Source: Bacteroidales bacterium (GTDB taxonomy: Bacteria; Bacteroidota; Bacteroidia; Bacteroidales; UBA3663). Taken from it: DNA of 64,000 nucleotides. The notes under the pieces are model-generated. The model was not told the origin of the DNA. It saw nothing but the letters and a program-made list of their open reading frames with translations, and made no database searches. Positions 54,618 to 64,000 of the stretch are shown piece by piece. The translations under genes were made by a program, and so were the position numbers. Each line of letters starts with the position of its first letter. Within the stretch, counting starts at the first letter, position 1. The stretch covers positions 1,665 through 65,664 of the forward strand of contig JAZUIL010000143.1 of the NCBI GenBank assembly GCA_045642245.1, in the 5' to 3' direction.

Positions 54618-55571
54618 TTAACGCAATTTGAGCACTTGACCTGCATGTACTGTCGCAGAAACAAGATCATTTCGCTTCATTAAGGACATAACTCGTACTC
54701 CGTAAACCTGAGAAATACTCCATAACGACTCTCCACCTCGTACGACATGGTAGTCATGTCCCTTATCTGCCTTTTTGTTTTTTTTCTGAAGATAAATGAT
54801 GTCACCTTCTTTTAATACCGATTGCTTTGTAAGATCATTCCAACTGCGTAGTTTTCGTTTAGAAATGCCATATTCTTTTGCAATCACAGACAAATCGTCA
54901 TCTTTTAAACAACGGATGTATTTAAGGCCTCCTTTCTTTTTTGTTACATATAGCTGGTGTACCTCATTTTTTGTTTTGATTTTCTTTACATCATATGCAT
55001 CCAGATGATTATTCTCAATCATCTCAATCAGCATATAGCCATACTTAGGATTAGTTGCATAACCACATCTCTTCAATCCATGAGCCCAACTCTCATAATC
55101 ACGGATGTCGAGTGCGAACAATGAATTATATCGCGTATTGTTACGTAAAAATGTACTATGATACTCATACCCCTCTTCTACAGACTTGAATTTGCAGAAA
55201 GGCTCATCTTTGGCATCATCATCACATCTTACCACAGGTCCAGTCCAACCACGACTATAAGCTTTGATTCCAAAATGATTATTAGCCTCAATAGCAAGAT
55301 AGCTCGAACCATAACCAGATTCTATGATACCCTGTGCCAATGTTATTGAAGCAGGAATACCGTATTTCTTCATTTGATTTCTAGCTTCCTCTCCATACTT
55401 ATTACAATATTCCTGTACAGTCATACGAGGACCAAGTGGAGGACACTTTGCCTTTTTTGCAGCAACTGCAGGAAGTATAGAAAAGACACAGGAAAAGAGT
55501 AAAATAAAAAAAAACTGAGTATTTTTTATGTTTTTAGGAGTCAAAACTTGTTTAATATTATTATAGAACAT
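54618..55571 (-). CDS. Peptidoglycan hydrolase: N-acetylglucosaminidase domain plus two LysM domains
   Basis: The start is trimmed to MFYNNIK...FFFILLFSCVFSILPAVAA. Glucosaminidase motif: ASITLAQGIIESGYGSS...NNHFGIKA. Two C-terminal LysM repeats are present. Confidence 0.8.
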   Translation of the reverse strand: MFYNNIKQVLTPKNIKNTQFFFILLFSCVFSILPAVAAKKAKCPPLGPRMTVQEYCNKYGEEARNQMKKYGIPASITLAQGIIESGYGSSYLAIEANNHFGIKAYSRGWTGPVVRCDDDAKDEPFCKFKSVEEGYEYHSTFLRNNTRYNSLFALDIRDYESWAHGLKRCGYATNPKYGYMLIEMIENNHLDAYDVKKIKTKNEVHQLYVTKKKGGLKYIRCLKDDDLSVIAKEYGISKRKLRSWNDLTKQSVLKEGDIIYLQKKNKKADKGHDYHVVRGGESLWSISQVYGVRVMSLMKRNDLVSATVHAGQVLKLR

Positions 55572-55578
55572 ATATTTG
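55571..55578 (+). promoter_or_regulatory. -7 promoter box TATATTTG for cdd
   Basis: TATATTTG lies about 65 nt upstream of the ATG at 55643. Confidence 0.5.
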
Positions 55579-55642
55579 CAGTGTTTTAATCTAAAATAGA
55601 GACATTCTCTATCAAACAACCTCATTATTTACCGACAAAGTC

Positions 55643-56128
55643 ATGAAAACAATTGAAATCGCTGCAAAGATAAGTATTTTTGACGATATAGAACTAACAA
55701 ATAGTCAAAAAAAAGTAATTGAAGCAGCAAAACAGGCCACGAAGGGCGCTTATGCTCCCTATTCTCACTTTCATGTAGGTGCAGCATGTCTATTAGATAA
55801 TGGAGAAATCATTAGTGGATCAAATCAGGAAAATGCCGCATATCCTAGTGGAATCTGTGCCGAAAGAACCACGATATTTTACGCTTTAGCAAAGTATCCA
55901 GATGCAAAAGTTCATAAACTAGCCGTAGTTGCATGTGATGATCAAGGGAATTACTCGCCAGACATAGCTGCACCTTGCGGGGCTTGTCGTCAGGTCATTT
56001 ATGAAACCGAATGCCGATCAAACGGACCGATCGAAATTCTTTTACCAACAAATTCGAACGGCACTTATGTCTTCAAAAGCATAAAAGATTTACTTCCATT
56101 TGGCTTCGGACCGACTAATTTAATTTAG
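55643..56128 (+). CDS. cdd: Cytidine deaminase
   Basis: 161 aa with zinc motifs CAERTTIF and PCGACRQVI. Confidence 0.9.
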   Translation: MKTIEIAAKISIFDDIELTNSQKKVIEAAKQATKGAYAPYSHFHVGAACLLDNGEIISGSNQENAAYPSGICAERTTIFYALAKYPDAKVHKLAVVACDDQGNYSPDIAAPCGACRQVIYETECRSNGPIEILLPTNSNGTYVFKSIKDLLPFGFGPTNLI

Positions 56129-56152
56129 AATTATTTTTTTATAGCAAATAAT

Positions 56153-56228
56153 AGTTATCAACAATCTAAATACCCATTTTTCAAGGACAAACGTCTCGAA
56201 TAACAATGGTAAAAGATTGTTGATAACT
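56153..56228. repeat. Perfect 15-bp inverted repeat AGTTATCAACAATCT, each arm containing a DnaA-box-like TTATCAACA
   Basis: The arms lie at 56153-56167 and 56214-56228 (reverse complement), in the AT-rich 369-bp region upstream of dnaA. TTATCAACA has one mismatch to TTATCCACA. Confidence 0.6.
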
Positions 56229-56409
56229 TATTTTTAAATATCGCAATACTTAGTCATACATATACTCATTATCAGCGCTTTAGATAATTTGAAGAGAATA
56301 TTTTCATAATCCCATTTTCAAAACATAAAAAAAGCAGAAAATCAGCGACTTAGAGAAATGCAAATTTTTCTCAACATTTTTACCACTTGCAGAATAAAAA
56401 AATTTATCG

Positions 56410-56417
56410 TAACTTTG
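56410..56417 (+). promoter_or_regulatory. -7 promoter box TAACTTTG for dnaA
   Basis: TAACTTTG lies inside the ORF-track N-terminal extension, which supports the ATG at 56498 as the start. Confidence 0.5.
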
Positions 56418-56497
56418 CAGCCGCAAACCTAAAGTTGCGTACTATTTACAACGTTGAATGTATATTCTACTTTGTTTATATTTCATTAATATATAAT

Positions 56498-57874
56498 ATG
56501 GCTCAATTTGAAACTCAATGGGACCAATGTCTCGACATTATAAGGGATAACCTTCAGAACGAAGAAGCTTATCAGGCTTTCTTCGCTTCATGTCGTGCAT
56601 TCAGCTATGAGGATGGCAAACTTACTTTGCTCATCCCGTCTCATTTTGTGTATGAGCACCTCGAAGACCAGTATTTTGACCTTCTGAAGAAAACTCTCCA
56701 GCGCGTATATGGACCTCAGGTACGTTTAGGATATAAAGTAGCTGTTGTAAAGCCAAAGCAAGGAGAGATCGAAGATGACGATCATACCATCGCGCTCAAT
56801 GGCATCAATAGAAATGATGTTCATCAAGAGCAGGAATTTGATACTCATCTGAACCCTAATTGCACCTTTGAAAGCTTTTTCTCAGGCAAATCAAATGAAT
56901 TGGCATATAGTGCAGGCAAGACCGTCAGCAAGATGCCAGGACACAATGCATTTAACCCATTCTTTATCTTTGGCGCCAGCGGTGTAGGCAAGACTCATCT
57001 TGCTCAGGCTATTGCACTCAAGATTCAGGAGAACGATCCTAAAAAACGTATTTTGTATGTAACTGCACATCAGTTCATGACACAGTACGCAGATGCATCT
57101 CGTCGCAATGTGGTTCCAGACTTTATCAACTTCTATCAGACCATCGATGTACTTGTCGTTGATGATATCCAGGAGTTTGCTGGCAAGAATAAGGTCGCTA
57201 CACAGAATACATTCTTCCATATCTTCAATTACTTGCACCAGAGCGGCAAGCAGCTCATTATGACCTGTGACCGTCCTCCTGTAGAATTGGAGGAACTTGT
57301 TCCACGTCTTCTCACACGCTTTAAGTGGGGTTTCATTGGAGAAATAGATCATCCTGATTACGAATTAAGAAAGGATATTCTTCGTGGAAAGTGTGAGAAA
57401 GAAGGATTATCAATCTCTGAGGAGGTTATTGACTTCATTGCTCGCAATGCAACAGACAACGTCCGTGACCTTGAGGGCATTATCAATTCACTTCTCGCCC
57501 ACTCTATTGCATTCAATCGTCCAATCGATCAAGAGCTCGCATCCCGCGTCATGCGCATGATCATTAAGATTGAGGCGAAGGTAATTACCTGCGAGAATAT
57601 TCTCAACCTTGTCATTGGCACATTCGGTGTCGACATGAAGAGTATCAACTCAAAGAGTCGCAAGCGTGAGATTGTTTTGGCTCGTCAGGCAGCAATGCAT
57701 CTCTGCAAGAAGTTTACTACACAGTCTGTTAGTCGCATCGGCATGGTAGTTGGTGGCAGAGATCATGCAACAGTACTGCATGCATTAAAGAACGTAGAGG
57801 ACCTGCTCTCTACAGATGCAGACTTTAAGCGCAAATATGATTCAGTAGAATCAGAGCTCTCAAGCAACTCCTAA
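56498..57874 (+). CDS. dnaA: Chromosomal replication initiator protein DnaA
   Basis: Begins MAQFETQWDQCLDIIRDNL. Walker A: GASGVGKTHLAQAI. Walker B: VLVVDDIQEF. C-terminal DNA-binding helix: GGRDHATVLHA. Confidence 0.95.
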   Translation: MAQFETQWDQCLDIIRDNLQNEEAYQAFFASCRAFSYEDGKLTLLIPSHFVYEHLEDQYFDLLKKTLQRVYGPQVRLGYKVAVVKPKQGEIEDDDHTIALNGINRNDVHQEQEFDTHLNPNCTFESFFSGKSNELAYSAGKTVSKMPGHNAFNPFFIFGASGVGKTHLAQAIALKIQENDPKKRILYVTAHQFMTQYADASRRNVVPDFINFYQTIDVLVVDDIQEFAGKNKVATQNTFFHIFNYLHQSGKQLIMTCDRPPVELEELVPRLLTRFKWGFIGEIDHPDYELRKDILRGKCEKEGLSISEEVIDFIARNATDNVRDLEGIINSLLAHSIAFNRPIDQELASRVMRMIIKIEAKVITCENILNLVIGTFGVDMKSINSKSRKREIVLARQAAMHLCKKFTTQSVSRIGMVVGGRDHATVLHALKNVEDLLSTDADFKRKYDSVESELSSNS

Positions 57875-57893
57875 TCATAAACAAATAAACCTC

Positions 57894-57927
57894 AAAAGAG
57901 CATAAGAAAATTTTCTTATGCTCTTTT
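57894..57927 (+). terminator. Rho-independent terminator after dnaA
   Basis: AAAAGAGCATAAGAAAA / TTTTCTTATGCTCTTTT forms a near-perfect palindrome ending in a T-run. Confidence 0.8.
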
Positions 57928-57940
57928 GCATATAGAAAAA

Positions 57941-57972
57941 CAGATTATTCACTGCGGTGAGTGGTCTGTTTT
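57941..57972 (+). terminator. Second, strand-specific terminator hairpin after dnaA
   Basis: CAGATTATTCAC tgcg GTGAGTGGTCTG forms a 12-bp stem that needs 3 G-U pairs, so it is only stable as plus-strand RNA. It is followed by TTTTGG. Confidence 0.5.
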
Positions 57973-58036
57973 GGTTATAAACAAATAAAAAAATTGGTTT
58001 TTATTCAAAGTTTTTGGTCGTTTCGACAAAAATAAT

Positions 58037-58044
58037 TATATTTG
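58037..58044 (+). promoter_or_regulatory. -7 promoter box TATATTTG for parE
   Basis: TATATTTG overlaps the ORF-track start at 58042, which supports the ATG at 58069. Confidence 0.55.
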
Positions 58045-58068
58045 CACACCTATTTAAATAAGAAACCA

Positions 58069-59964
58069 ATGGCAGAAACACAAGATACCTTGGACGAGCA
58101 GATGGCACAAGCACAAGCCATTGCCGACTATGGAGATGACAAGATACAACACCTCGAATGGACTGAACACATCCGTCGACGCCCTGGCATGTATATTGGA
58201 AAGCAAGGCGACGGATCTCATGCTGACGACGGTATATATATTCTTCTCAAGGAAGTGATCGATAACTCTATCGACGAATATGCAATGGGATTCGGTAAGC
58301 GTATTGATGTCAAAATCTCAGAAGATGGACATTGTTCAGTACGCGACTATGGTCGTGGCATTCCATTAGGCAAACTGGATGCTTGCGTCAGTGAGATCAA
58401 CACCGGCGGCAAATACGACAACTCTGTATTCAAGAAGAGTGTAGGTCTGAACGGTGTAGGTCTAAAAGCTGTCAATGCTCTTTCTACCCACTTCTTTGTA
58501 CGTGCATGCCGTAATGGAGAAATGAAGGAGATCACATACTGTGCAGCAAAGAAACTTGCAGAAACAGATATCCTTCCAACTGATGAGCAGAACGGAACCT
58601 ATGTAGAATTCGTTCCTGACAATACTATTTTTGAGAACTACAAGTTCCGTATGGAATTTGTAGAGACACTGCTTAATAATTACAGCTACCTAAACATCGG
58701 ACTCACGCTGACTCTTAATGGCAAACGATTCATCAGTAAGAACGGTCTTGCAGACCTTCTCAATGCCCGTATGGAAGCTCAGCCACTCTATGAACCGATC
58801 CACTTATTAGGACAAGACATCGAGGTTGTCATCACTCATGGCAATTCTTACGGAGAGCAGTATTATTCCTTTGTCAACGGTCAGTACACGAGCTTAGGAG
58901 GTACTCACCTTGCAGCTTTCAAGGAGGCTTCGGCCAAAGTGATCAAAGAATTCTTTGCTCAAAAGAATTTCGAATATAGTGACATCCGTAACGGCATGGT
59001 TGCTGCCATTGCCATCAAAGTACAGGAACCTGTATTTGAGGCTCAGACAAAGACCAAGCTTGGTTCTACCCGTATGAGTCCAAACCCTGAAGATGTAACC
59101 ATTCAGAAGTTTGTCGGAGACTTTTTGAAACGAGAACTTGATAACTATCTGCATCGCGAAGCTGATACAGCAGAGATCATGATGCAGAAGATCCAATCCA
59201 GCGAAAAGGAACGTAAGGAACTTGCAGGTCTTTCAAAGCAGGCCAAAGAACGTGCAAAGAAAGTCAATTTACATAATCGCAAACTTCGTGACTGCCACGT
59301 TCACTACAACGACACTCGTGGCGACAAGCAGGAGGATTCCTGCATCTTCATCACGGAGGGTGATTCTGCATCAGGTTCAATCACAAAGAGCCGCAATGTA
59401 GAGACTCAAGCCGTATTTTCATTACGAGGCAAACCTCTCAATTGTTTTGGTATGACCAAGAAGGTCTGCTATGAGAACGAAGAATTCAATCTTCTACAGG
59501 CTGCATTGAATATCGAAGACGGTCTGGATGGACTGCGATATAACAAAGTAATTATCGCCACTGATGCCGACGTAGATGGTATGCACATCCGTCTGTTGCT
59601 TATGACTTTCTTCCTACAGTTCTTCCCTGAACTTGTCCGCACAGGCCATGTATACATTCTACAGACACCTCTATTCCGTGTAAGAAACAAGAAGATTACT
59701 CGTTATTGCTACACCGAAGAAGAACGTGTTTCTGCAATCTCAGAATGTGGATCTACTGCAGAAATCACTCGCTTCAAAGGTCTTGGCGAGATTTCTCCTG
59801 ACGAGTTCAAGCATTTCATCGGCAAAGACATGAGGCTTGATACAGTGATGCTCCGCAAGGAAGATGCTGTACACGAGATGCTGGAATATTACATGGGCAA
59901 GAACACCATGGAACGACAGGAATTCATTATTAATAATCTGGTCATTGAGATGGATGAGGCATAA
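58069..59964 (+). CDS. parE: DNA topoisomerase IV subunit B (type IIA topoisomerase B subunit)
   Basis: GHKL ATPase region ([24 protein letters not shown]) and TOPRIM region ([22 protein letters not shown]). The shorter ParE-like length and the [14 protein letters not shown] insertion pattern argue against GyrB. Confidence 0.8.
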   Translation: MAETQDTLDEQMAQAQAIADYGDDKIQHLEWTEHIRRRPGMYIGKQGDGSHADDGIYILLKEVIDNSIDEYAMGFGKRIDVKISEDGHCSVRDYGRGIPLGKLDACVSEINTGGKYDNSVFKKSVGLNGVGLKAVNALSTHFFVRACRNGEMKEITYCAAKKLAETDILPTDEQNGTYVEFVPDNTIFENYKFRMEFVETLLNNYSYLNIGLTLTLNGKRFISKNGLADLLNARMEAQPLYEPIHLLGQDIEVVITHGNSYGEQYYSFVNGQYTSLGGTHLAAFKEASAKVIKEFFAQKNFEYSDIRNGMVAAIAIKVQEPVFEAQTKTKLGSTRMSPNPEDVTIQKFVGDFLKRELDNYLHREADTAEIMMQKIQSSEKERKELAGLSKQAKERAKKVNLHNRKLRDCHVHYNDTRGDKQEDSCIFITEGDSASGSITKSRNVETQAVFSLRGKPLNCFGMTKKVCYENEEFNLLQAALNIEDGLDGLRYNKVIIATDADVDGMHIRLLLMTFFLQFFPELVRTGHVYILQTPLFRVRNKKITRYCYTEEERVSAISECGSTAEITRFKGLGEISPDEFKHFIGKDMRLDTVMLRKEDAVHEMLEYYMGKNTMERQEFIINNLVIEMDEA

Positions 59965-59982
59965 GTCTCTCCCATTACAAAT

Positions 59983-60474
59983 ATGAAAATAATTTTTCCT
60001 GGATCTTTTGATCCATTTACTAAAGGACACGAGTCAGTTGTACGTCGTGCACTTGAGTTCTCTGAAGAGGTTGTCATCGCTGTAGGTTATAATGGACAGA
60101 AGCGCAACAATGGTATGTTCACCGTTGATGAGCGTGTACGAATGATCTCAGAATTCTATGCAGAGGAACCTCGTATTTCGGTCATCACCTATACCTGTCT
60201 TACCACAGATATTGCCAACGAACTTGGATGTTCACACATTCTTCGTGGTGTACGTACTGTAATCGACTTCGAGTATGAGCGTAACCTTGCCGACGTAAAC
60301 CGTCACCTCACAGGCATTGAGACCATCCTTCTCTTCAACGAGCCTGCAATGGCCCACATCACTTCTACCACCGTACGAGAGTTGCTTACCTTCGGCAAAG
60401 ACGTTACAGATTTTATGCCTGAAGGCTTCCCTCCCCTGATCGTCAAGCAAAAGAATGAACCATTCTTTGGTTAA
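59983..60474 (+). CDS. coaD: Phosphopantetheine adenylyltransferase
   Basis: 163 aa with MKIIFPGSFDPFTKGHESVV and ILRGVR motifs. Confidence 0.9.
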   Translation: MKIIFPGSFDPFTKGHESVVRRALEFSEEVVIAVGYNGQKRNNGMFTVDERVRMISEFYAEEPRISVITYTCLTTDIANELGCSHILRGVRTVIDFEYERNLADVNRHLTGIETILLFNEPAMAHITSTTVRELLTFGKDVTDFMPEGFPPLIVKQKNEPFFG

Positions 60475-62083
60475 ATACCAGAAGCGACTATTTCTCTCAT
60501 TAGTAGTCGGATTCATGACACTAACCTGTTATGCAGATGTATACAATAGCATCAAAGCATACAGCCGTGCCATGATGGCTTTCGATGCACTTTATGTCGA
60601 CACCGTAAACATGGATAAACTCAATGAGGTGGCCATCAAGGCTGTTCTCAAAGAGCTTGATCCTCATTCAACATATCTTGATGCCGAAGAAGTTGCGGCC
60701 ATGCAGGAGAACCTGGGTGGCAATTTCGAAGGAATAGGTGTCCGTTACCAGATGGAGAATGACACTCTGCTGGTCATCAACGCAGTTACTGGAGGCCCTT
60801 CGGAGAAAGCCGGTATTTTGGCAGGAGACCGTATCATCATGGTAGGTGATTCTACTATAGCCGGCATGAAATACGACACTAAAGAGATTCAGCGTCGCTT
60901 ACGTGGTCCAAAAGGATCGAAAGTCAATCTCGGAGTTTTGCGTCAAGGAGAGAAGAAACTATTATGGTTCACCGTAACCCGAGACAACATTCCTGTCTAT
61001 AGTATTGGTGCTTCATACATGGCCGCACCAGGTGTAGGCTATATCAAGTTAAGCCGATTTGCCTTAACGACCGCGAATGAAGTAGAAATGGCCATGGAGA
61101 AGCTGAAAGACCAGGGGATGAAAGATATCATCATCGACCTTCAGGACAATGGTGGCGGTTATCTCAATGCGGCTGCTGAACTTGCAGAACTATTTCTTCT
61201 TGATGGAGAACTTGTCGTATATACCCAAGGACGAGCAGAAGGCCGACGCAATTATATCACCCGATGGGGACGTAATGCATTCCGTGGCAGACTAGTCATC
61301 ATCATCAACGAACAGAGTGCATCAGCCAGCGAGATCTTTGCAGGATGTATGCAGGACGTCGACAGAGGTGTCATCATCGGTCGTCGCAGCTTTGGTAAGG
61401 GCCTTGTCCAACGTCCTATCGATTTACCAAATGGTGGTATGATAAGACTGACCGTTGCCCATTATTATACCCCATCTGGTCGAGACATCCAGAAACCTTA
61501 CGTCAAAGGTGACCAGAAGAAATATCAGCATGATCTGATTGATAGATTACACAATGGAGAATTGACCTCTGCAGACAGCATACATCTCCCCGACTCGCTA
61601 CTCTTCCACACGCGTGGCGGTCGTCCTGTTTATGGTGGAGGTGGCATTATGCCTGACGTATTCGTTCCTCTAGATACCACAAAGATCTCTAAAGCACACA
61701 GTGCTATCATTGCCAAAGGAACCATCAATACCTTTACGCTCAATTATTTCAAGGCGAATCAGGCAAAGCTTAAGAAAACCATGCCGACTCTTGAGGACTT
61801 CATTGCTCAAAGATTTGAAGTAACTGACGAAATGGTAAACGGACTGATTGAGCAGGCCCGCAAAGACAGCATAAAGAACGACAGCCTAGAATCGCTTCTG
61901 ACAAATGATCTTTTCAGGATGCATCTCAAAGCTTATCTGGCTAATGACCTGTATGAGAACGGTGCATTCACACGCATCATGAATCAGACGAACGAAGCGT
62001 TCCTAAAAGCCTTAGGTGTTTTGGCTGAAGAGAATCGTTATAGAAATATCATCGAAGGTAAGAAAGACGATTCACCTCAATAA
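60455..62083 (+). CDS. S41 family C-terminal processing peptidase (PDZ-containing)
   Basis: 542 aa with PDZ (GGPSEKAGILAGDRIIMVGD) and S41 core (IIDLQDNGGGYL, INEQSASASEIFAG, SFGKGLVQ). Confidence 0.85.
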   Translation: MNHSLVKYQKRLFLSLVVGFMTLTCYADVYNSIKAYSRAMMAFDALYVDTVNMDKLNEVAIKAVLKELDPHSTYLDAEEVAAMQENLGGNFEGIGVRYQMENDTLLVINAVTGGPSEKAGILAGDRIIMVGDSTIAGMKYDTKEIQRRLRGPKGSKVNLGVLRQGEKKLLWFTVTRDNIPVYSIGASYMAAPGVGYIKLSRFALTTANEVEMAMEKLKDQGMKDIIIDLQDNGGGYLNAAAELAELFLLDGELVVYTQGRAEGRRNYITRWGRNAFRGRLVIIINEQSASASEIFAGCMQDVDRGVIIGRRSFGKGLVQRPIDLPNGGMIRLTVAHYYTPSGRDIQKPYVKGDQKKYQHDLIDRLHNGELTSADSIHLPDSLLFHTRGGRPVYGGGGIMPDVFVPLDTTKISKAHSAIIAKGTINTFTLNYFKANQAKLKKTMPTLEDFIAQRFEVTDEMVNGLIEQARKDSIKNDSLESLLTNDLFRMHLKAYLANDLYENGAFTRIMNQTNEAFLKALGVLAEENRYRNIIEGKKDDSPQ

Positions 62084-62115
62084 CACACATTTATTAATAA
62101 TATAGCAATTGAGTT

Positions 62116-62727
62116 ATGACTTTTCTTGAAATGCATTTTGATTTTGAGCAGATCATTTCTGCCTTCATTGTCATCTTCGCTATGATTGATATTACAGGAG
62201 CCATCCCTATCATCATCGACCTGAAACAGAAGACTGGCCACATCTACCCAGGTAAGACCACGCTCTATGCAGGCATATTGCTCTATCTGTTTCTTTTTGC
62301 GGGCAATATGATTCTTGAGCTTTTTGGTGTTGACATCCATTCCTTTGCGGTTGCTGGTGCTATCATCCTCTTCATCATGGGCCTAGAGATGCTTCTTGGC
62401 CGTGAGATTATGCAATATTCCGGTGGTCCAACAGGAGCTTCAGCACTTGTTCCACTGGCCTTCCCGCTGATTGCAGGTGCTGGCACATTCACCTCACTCA
62501 TCTCCCTTCGCGCAGAATACAACATCCTGAATATCATCATTGCCCTGGCACTCAATTTAGGCTTTGTATACTTTGTCCTCAACCGTTATCGATTTTTAGA
62601 GCGATTGCTCGGCCCTGGTGGTATATTTGTTTTACGCAAGTTTTTCGGAGTTATCCTCCTCGCAATATCAGTAAAACTTTTCACAACAAACATTGCAGCT
62701 CTGCTGGCTGGAGGGTATACTCAATAA
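62116..62727 (+). CDS. MarC family (UPF0056) integral membrane protein
   Basis: 203 aa with six TM helices. IVIFAMIDITGAIPIII and PLAFPLIAGAGTFTS are typical of MarC. Confidence 0.75.
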   Translation: MTFLEMHFDFEQIISAFIVIFAMIDITGAIPIIIDLKQKTGHIYPGKTTLYAGILLYLFLFAGNMILELFGVDIHSFAVAGAIILFIMGLEMLLGREIMQYSGGPTGASALVPLAFPLIAGAGTFTSLISLRAEYNILNIIIALALNLGFVYFVLNRYRFLERLLGPGGIFVLRKFFGVILLAISVKLFTTNIAALLAGGYTQ

Positions 62728-62775
62728 ATGAGATTATAATTTATATCAATTGCATATCTTTAAAATCTTTATCTC

Positions 62776-62967
62776 ATGTTTAAGTTTTTAAAGTCAAAAC
62801 ATCGATCTTTGTATTTCAAAATCGCAATTAGAAATGGTATGACCCCTGACCATGTTCGCAAACTAGCCCATGGGAAAGAATACGTTTCTAAGAAAGAAAA
62901 GAAGGTGCATGACATCCTCAAAGAACATGGACTCATACGCCGTTACTCACATCACTATGATGACTAA
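62776..62967 (+). CDS. Small basic hypothetical protein (63 aa)
   Basis: An ORF only, followed directly by a strong terminator. No family recognised and no clear TAnnTTTG box upstream. Confidence 0.35.
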   Translation: MFKFLKSKHRSLYFKIAIRNGMTPDHVRKLAHGKEYVSKKEKKVHDILKEHGLIRRYSHHYDD

Positions 62968-63015
62968 AAATGCCAGGTTATAACAGAACATTCTGAAATA
63001 ACCTGGCATTTTTTT
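62966..63015. terminator. Bidirectional rho-independent terminator between the small ORF and lptB
   Basis: Perfect 16-bp stem AAAAATGCCAGGTTAT / ATAACCTGGCATTTTT with inner CAGAA/TTCTG pairs, flanked by an A-run and a T-run. Confidence 0.85.
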
Positions 63016-63030
63016 ATATTTTGAAAAAAC

Positions 63031-63888
63031 TTATTCGTCAGTTTTATTAGCTTCTCGCATTGCCACTTCTTCTGTCGTACTTGGCTGATCGAACTTCTTA
63101 CGGATAAACCGGAAGTTTCGTCCCAAATATTTTTCCCTTACGACAGGATTCTCCGCAAGTTCCTCACTTGTACCCTGGAAAAGAATCTTACCTTCAAAAA
63201 GAAGATATGCACGATCCACAATCGAAAGGGTCTCTGGCGCATTATGGTCAGTAATCAGGATACCGATATTCCTGTCCTTCAGCTTATATACAATATACTG
63301 GATATCCTCTACCGCAATAGGGTCTACACCTGCGAATGGCTCATCAAGCATAATAAACTTTGGGTTGATAGCCAGACAACGAGCGATTTCACAACGACGA
63401 CGTTCACCTCCCGAAAGTCGGTCACCTAAATTCTTACGTACCTTCTGAAGACGGAACTCTGCGATCAATGACTCAAGCTTCTCCTTCTGTTCTGCTGGCG
63501 TCATATCCGTCATTTCAAGTGTAGCGCGAATATTATCCTCTACAGTCATCTTTCGATAAACCGAAGCCTCCTGAGCCAGATAACCGATACCAAGCTTAGC
63601 ACGTTTATATACTGGCAACTTCGTAATTTCCTGATCATCGAGGAAGATCCTACCCTCATTAGGAGTGACAAGGCCAGTCGTCATATAGAAGGTTGTCGTC
63701 TTACCTGCTCCATTAGGGCCAAGGAGACCAACAATCTCACCCTGCTTCACATCAATATTCACGTGATTTGCCACAGTTCGAGGACCATAACGCTTCACCA
63801 GATTATCGGTGCGCAGTACACTTCGATCATCGACCTGCACCTTCTCTGCTGGGGTTTCTATTGTATTTGTCTGTATAGGGTTTTCCAT
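63031..63888 (-). CDS. lptB: LPS export ABC transporter ATP-binding protein
   Basis: 285 aa with GLLGPNGAGKTTTFY, LSGGERRRCEIARCLA and IMLDEPFAGVDP. The C-terminal extension is typical of Bacteroidetes LptB. Confidence 0.85.
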   Translation of the reverse strand: MENPIQTNTIETPAEKVQVDDRSVLRTDNLVKRYGPRTVANHVNIDVKQGEIVGLLGPNGAGKTTTFYMTTGLVTPNEGRIFLDDQEITKLPVYKRAKLGIGYLAQEASVYRKMTVEDNIRATLEMTDMTPAEQKEKLESLIAEFRLQKVRKNLGDRLSGGERRRCEIARCLAINPKFIMLDEPFAGVDPIAVEDIQYIVYKLKDRNIGILITDHNAPETLSIVDRAYLLFEGKILFQGTSEELAENPVVREKYLGRNFRFIRKKFDQPSTTEEVAMREANKTDE

Positions 63889-63908
63889 ATTTTCGTTCTA
63901 ATTTGGCG

Positions 63909-63916
63909 CAAAGATA
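63909..63916 (-). promoter_or_regulatory. -7 promoter box TATCTTTG for lptB
   Basis: The plus strand reads CAAAGATA, about 20 nt upstream of the ATG at 63888. Confidence 0.55.
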
Positions 63917-63970
63917 GTGATTATTTTTGAATAAAGAGCACAAAAAAGTCCACTTTAATCATTTTTTACT

Positions 63971-63978
63971 TATCTTTG
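63971..63978 (+). promoter_or_regulatory. -7 promoter box TATCTTTG for a plus-strand gene beyond the window edge
   Basis: TATCTTTGCAGCG lies at the right end of the window. The downstream gene is not visible. Confidence 0.4.
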
Positions 63979-64000
63979 CAGCGCATAATAATAAAAATAA

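Noticed and set aside
56891-57352. 153-aa minus-strand ORF inside dnaA
   Set aside because: It is antisense to dnaA and has no motifs. It is a shadow ORF.
1-64000. Looked for a defence island, prophage, integrative element, IS/transposase, toxin-antitoxin pair, CRISPR-cas, tRNA or rRNA genes
   Set aside because: None of the ORF translations shows integrase, transposase, nuclease-helicase, restriction-modification, Cas or phage structural signatures. No intergenic region has tRNA-like or rRNA-like sequence. The window is essentially core genome plus one glycan operon.

Overview
This 64-kb chromosomal segment reads as Bacteroidota/Bacteroidales, probably Prevotella-like. The evidence is AT-rich intergenic DNA, TAnnTTTG -7 promoter boxes in front of most transcription units, a T9SS type-B C-terminal sorting domain, and HU-CCDC81/LysM/SPOR envelope proteins. 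I can support 54 protein-coding genes. I see no rRNA, tRNA, CRISPR, transposase, integrase, phage gene or recognisable defence gene. Left third: rdgB (partial), rodA, mrdA, mreD, mreC, mreB, a stand-alone IMP-cyclohydrolase-domain gene and a U32 peptidase, all on the minus strand. These are followed by a BASS transporter, a tRNA m6A methyltransferase, a SPOR protein, tpiA, a DoxX-like protein, DUF1599, two LysM-like envelope proteins, and clpC-hisB plus a secreted hypothetical. Middle: nagB, ppdK, then a ~16.6-kb, 16-gene, almost gapless minus-strand unit (42437 down to 25864). That unit holds a LysM/PBP-like protein, an OM beta-barrel, a flippase, kdsA, kpsF/kdsD, a fused nucleotidyltransferase/PLP-fold enzyme, a Rossmann reductase, LicD, several transferase-like proteins, YfhO and an enlarged NusG paralog. 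Right third: tsaD, a T9SS type-B cargo, a lytic transglycosylase, a PAP2 phosphatase, a LytTR two-component pair, cyclophilin, purM, uvrA, glucokinase, a glucosaminidase-LysM protein, cdd, dnaA (AT-rich upstream region with inverted DnaA-box-like repeats), parE, coaD, an S41 protease, MarC and lptB. Most of the window is ordinary core genome, and I found no convincing wholly new multi-gene system such as a defence island. The items most worth follow-up are: (1) the CDP-phospho-alcohol module (fusion enzyme + reductase + LicD) embedded in the non-canonical Kdo-linked glycan operon; (2) the displaced, enlarged NusG paralog; (3) the purH gene reduced to its cyclohydrolase domain; and (4) several structured or repeat-rich intergenic regions (21.5 kb, 42.6 kb, 49.3 kb, 56.2 kb) that may encode small RNAs or regulatory arrays. 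All functional calls come from reading the translated ORFs and motifs by eye. No database search was run.
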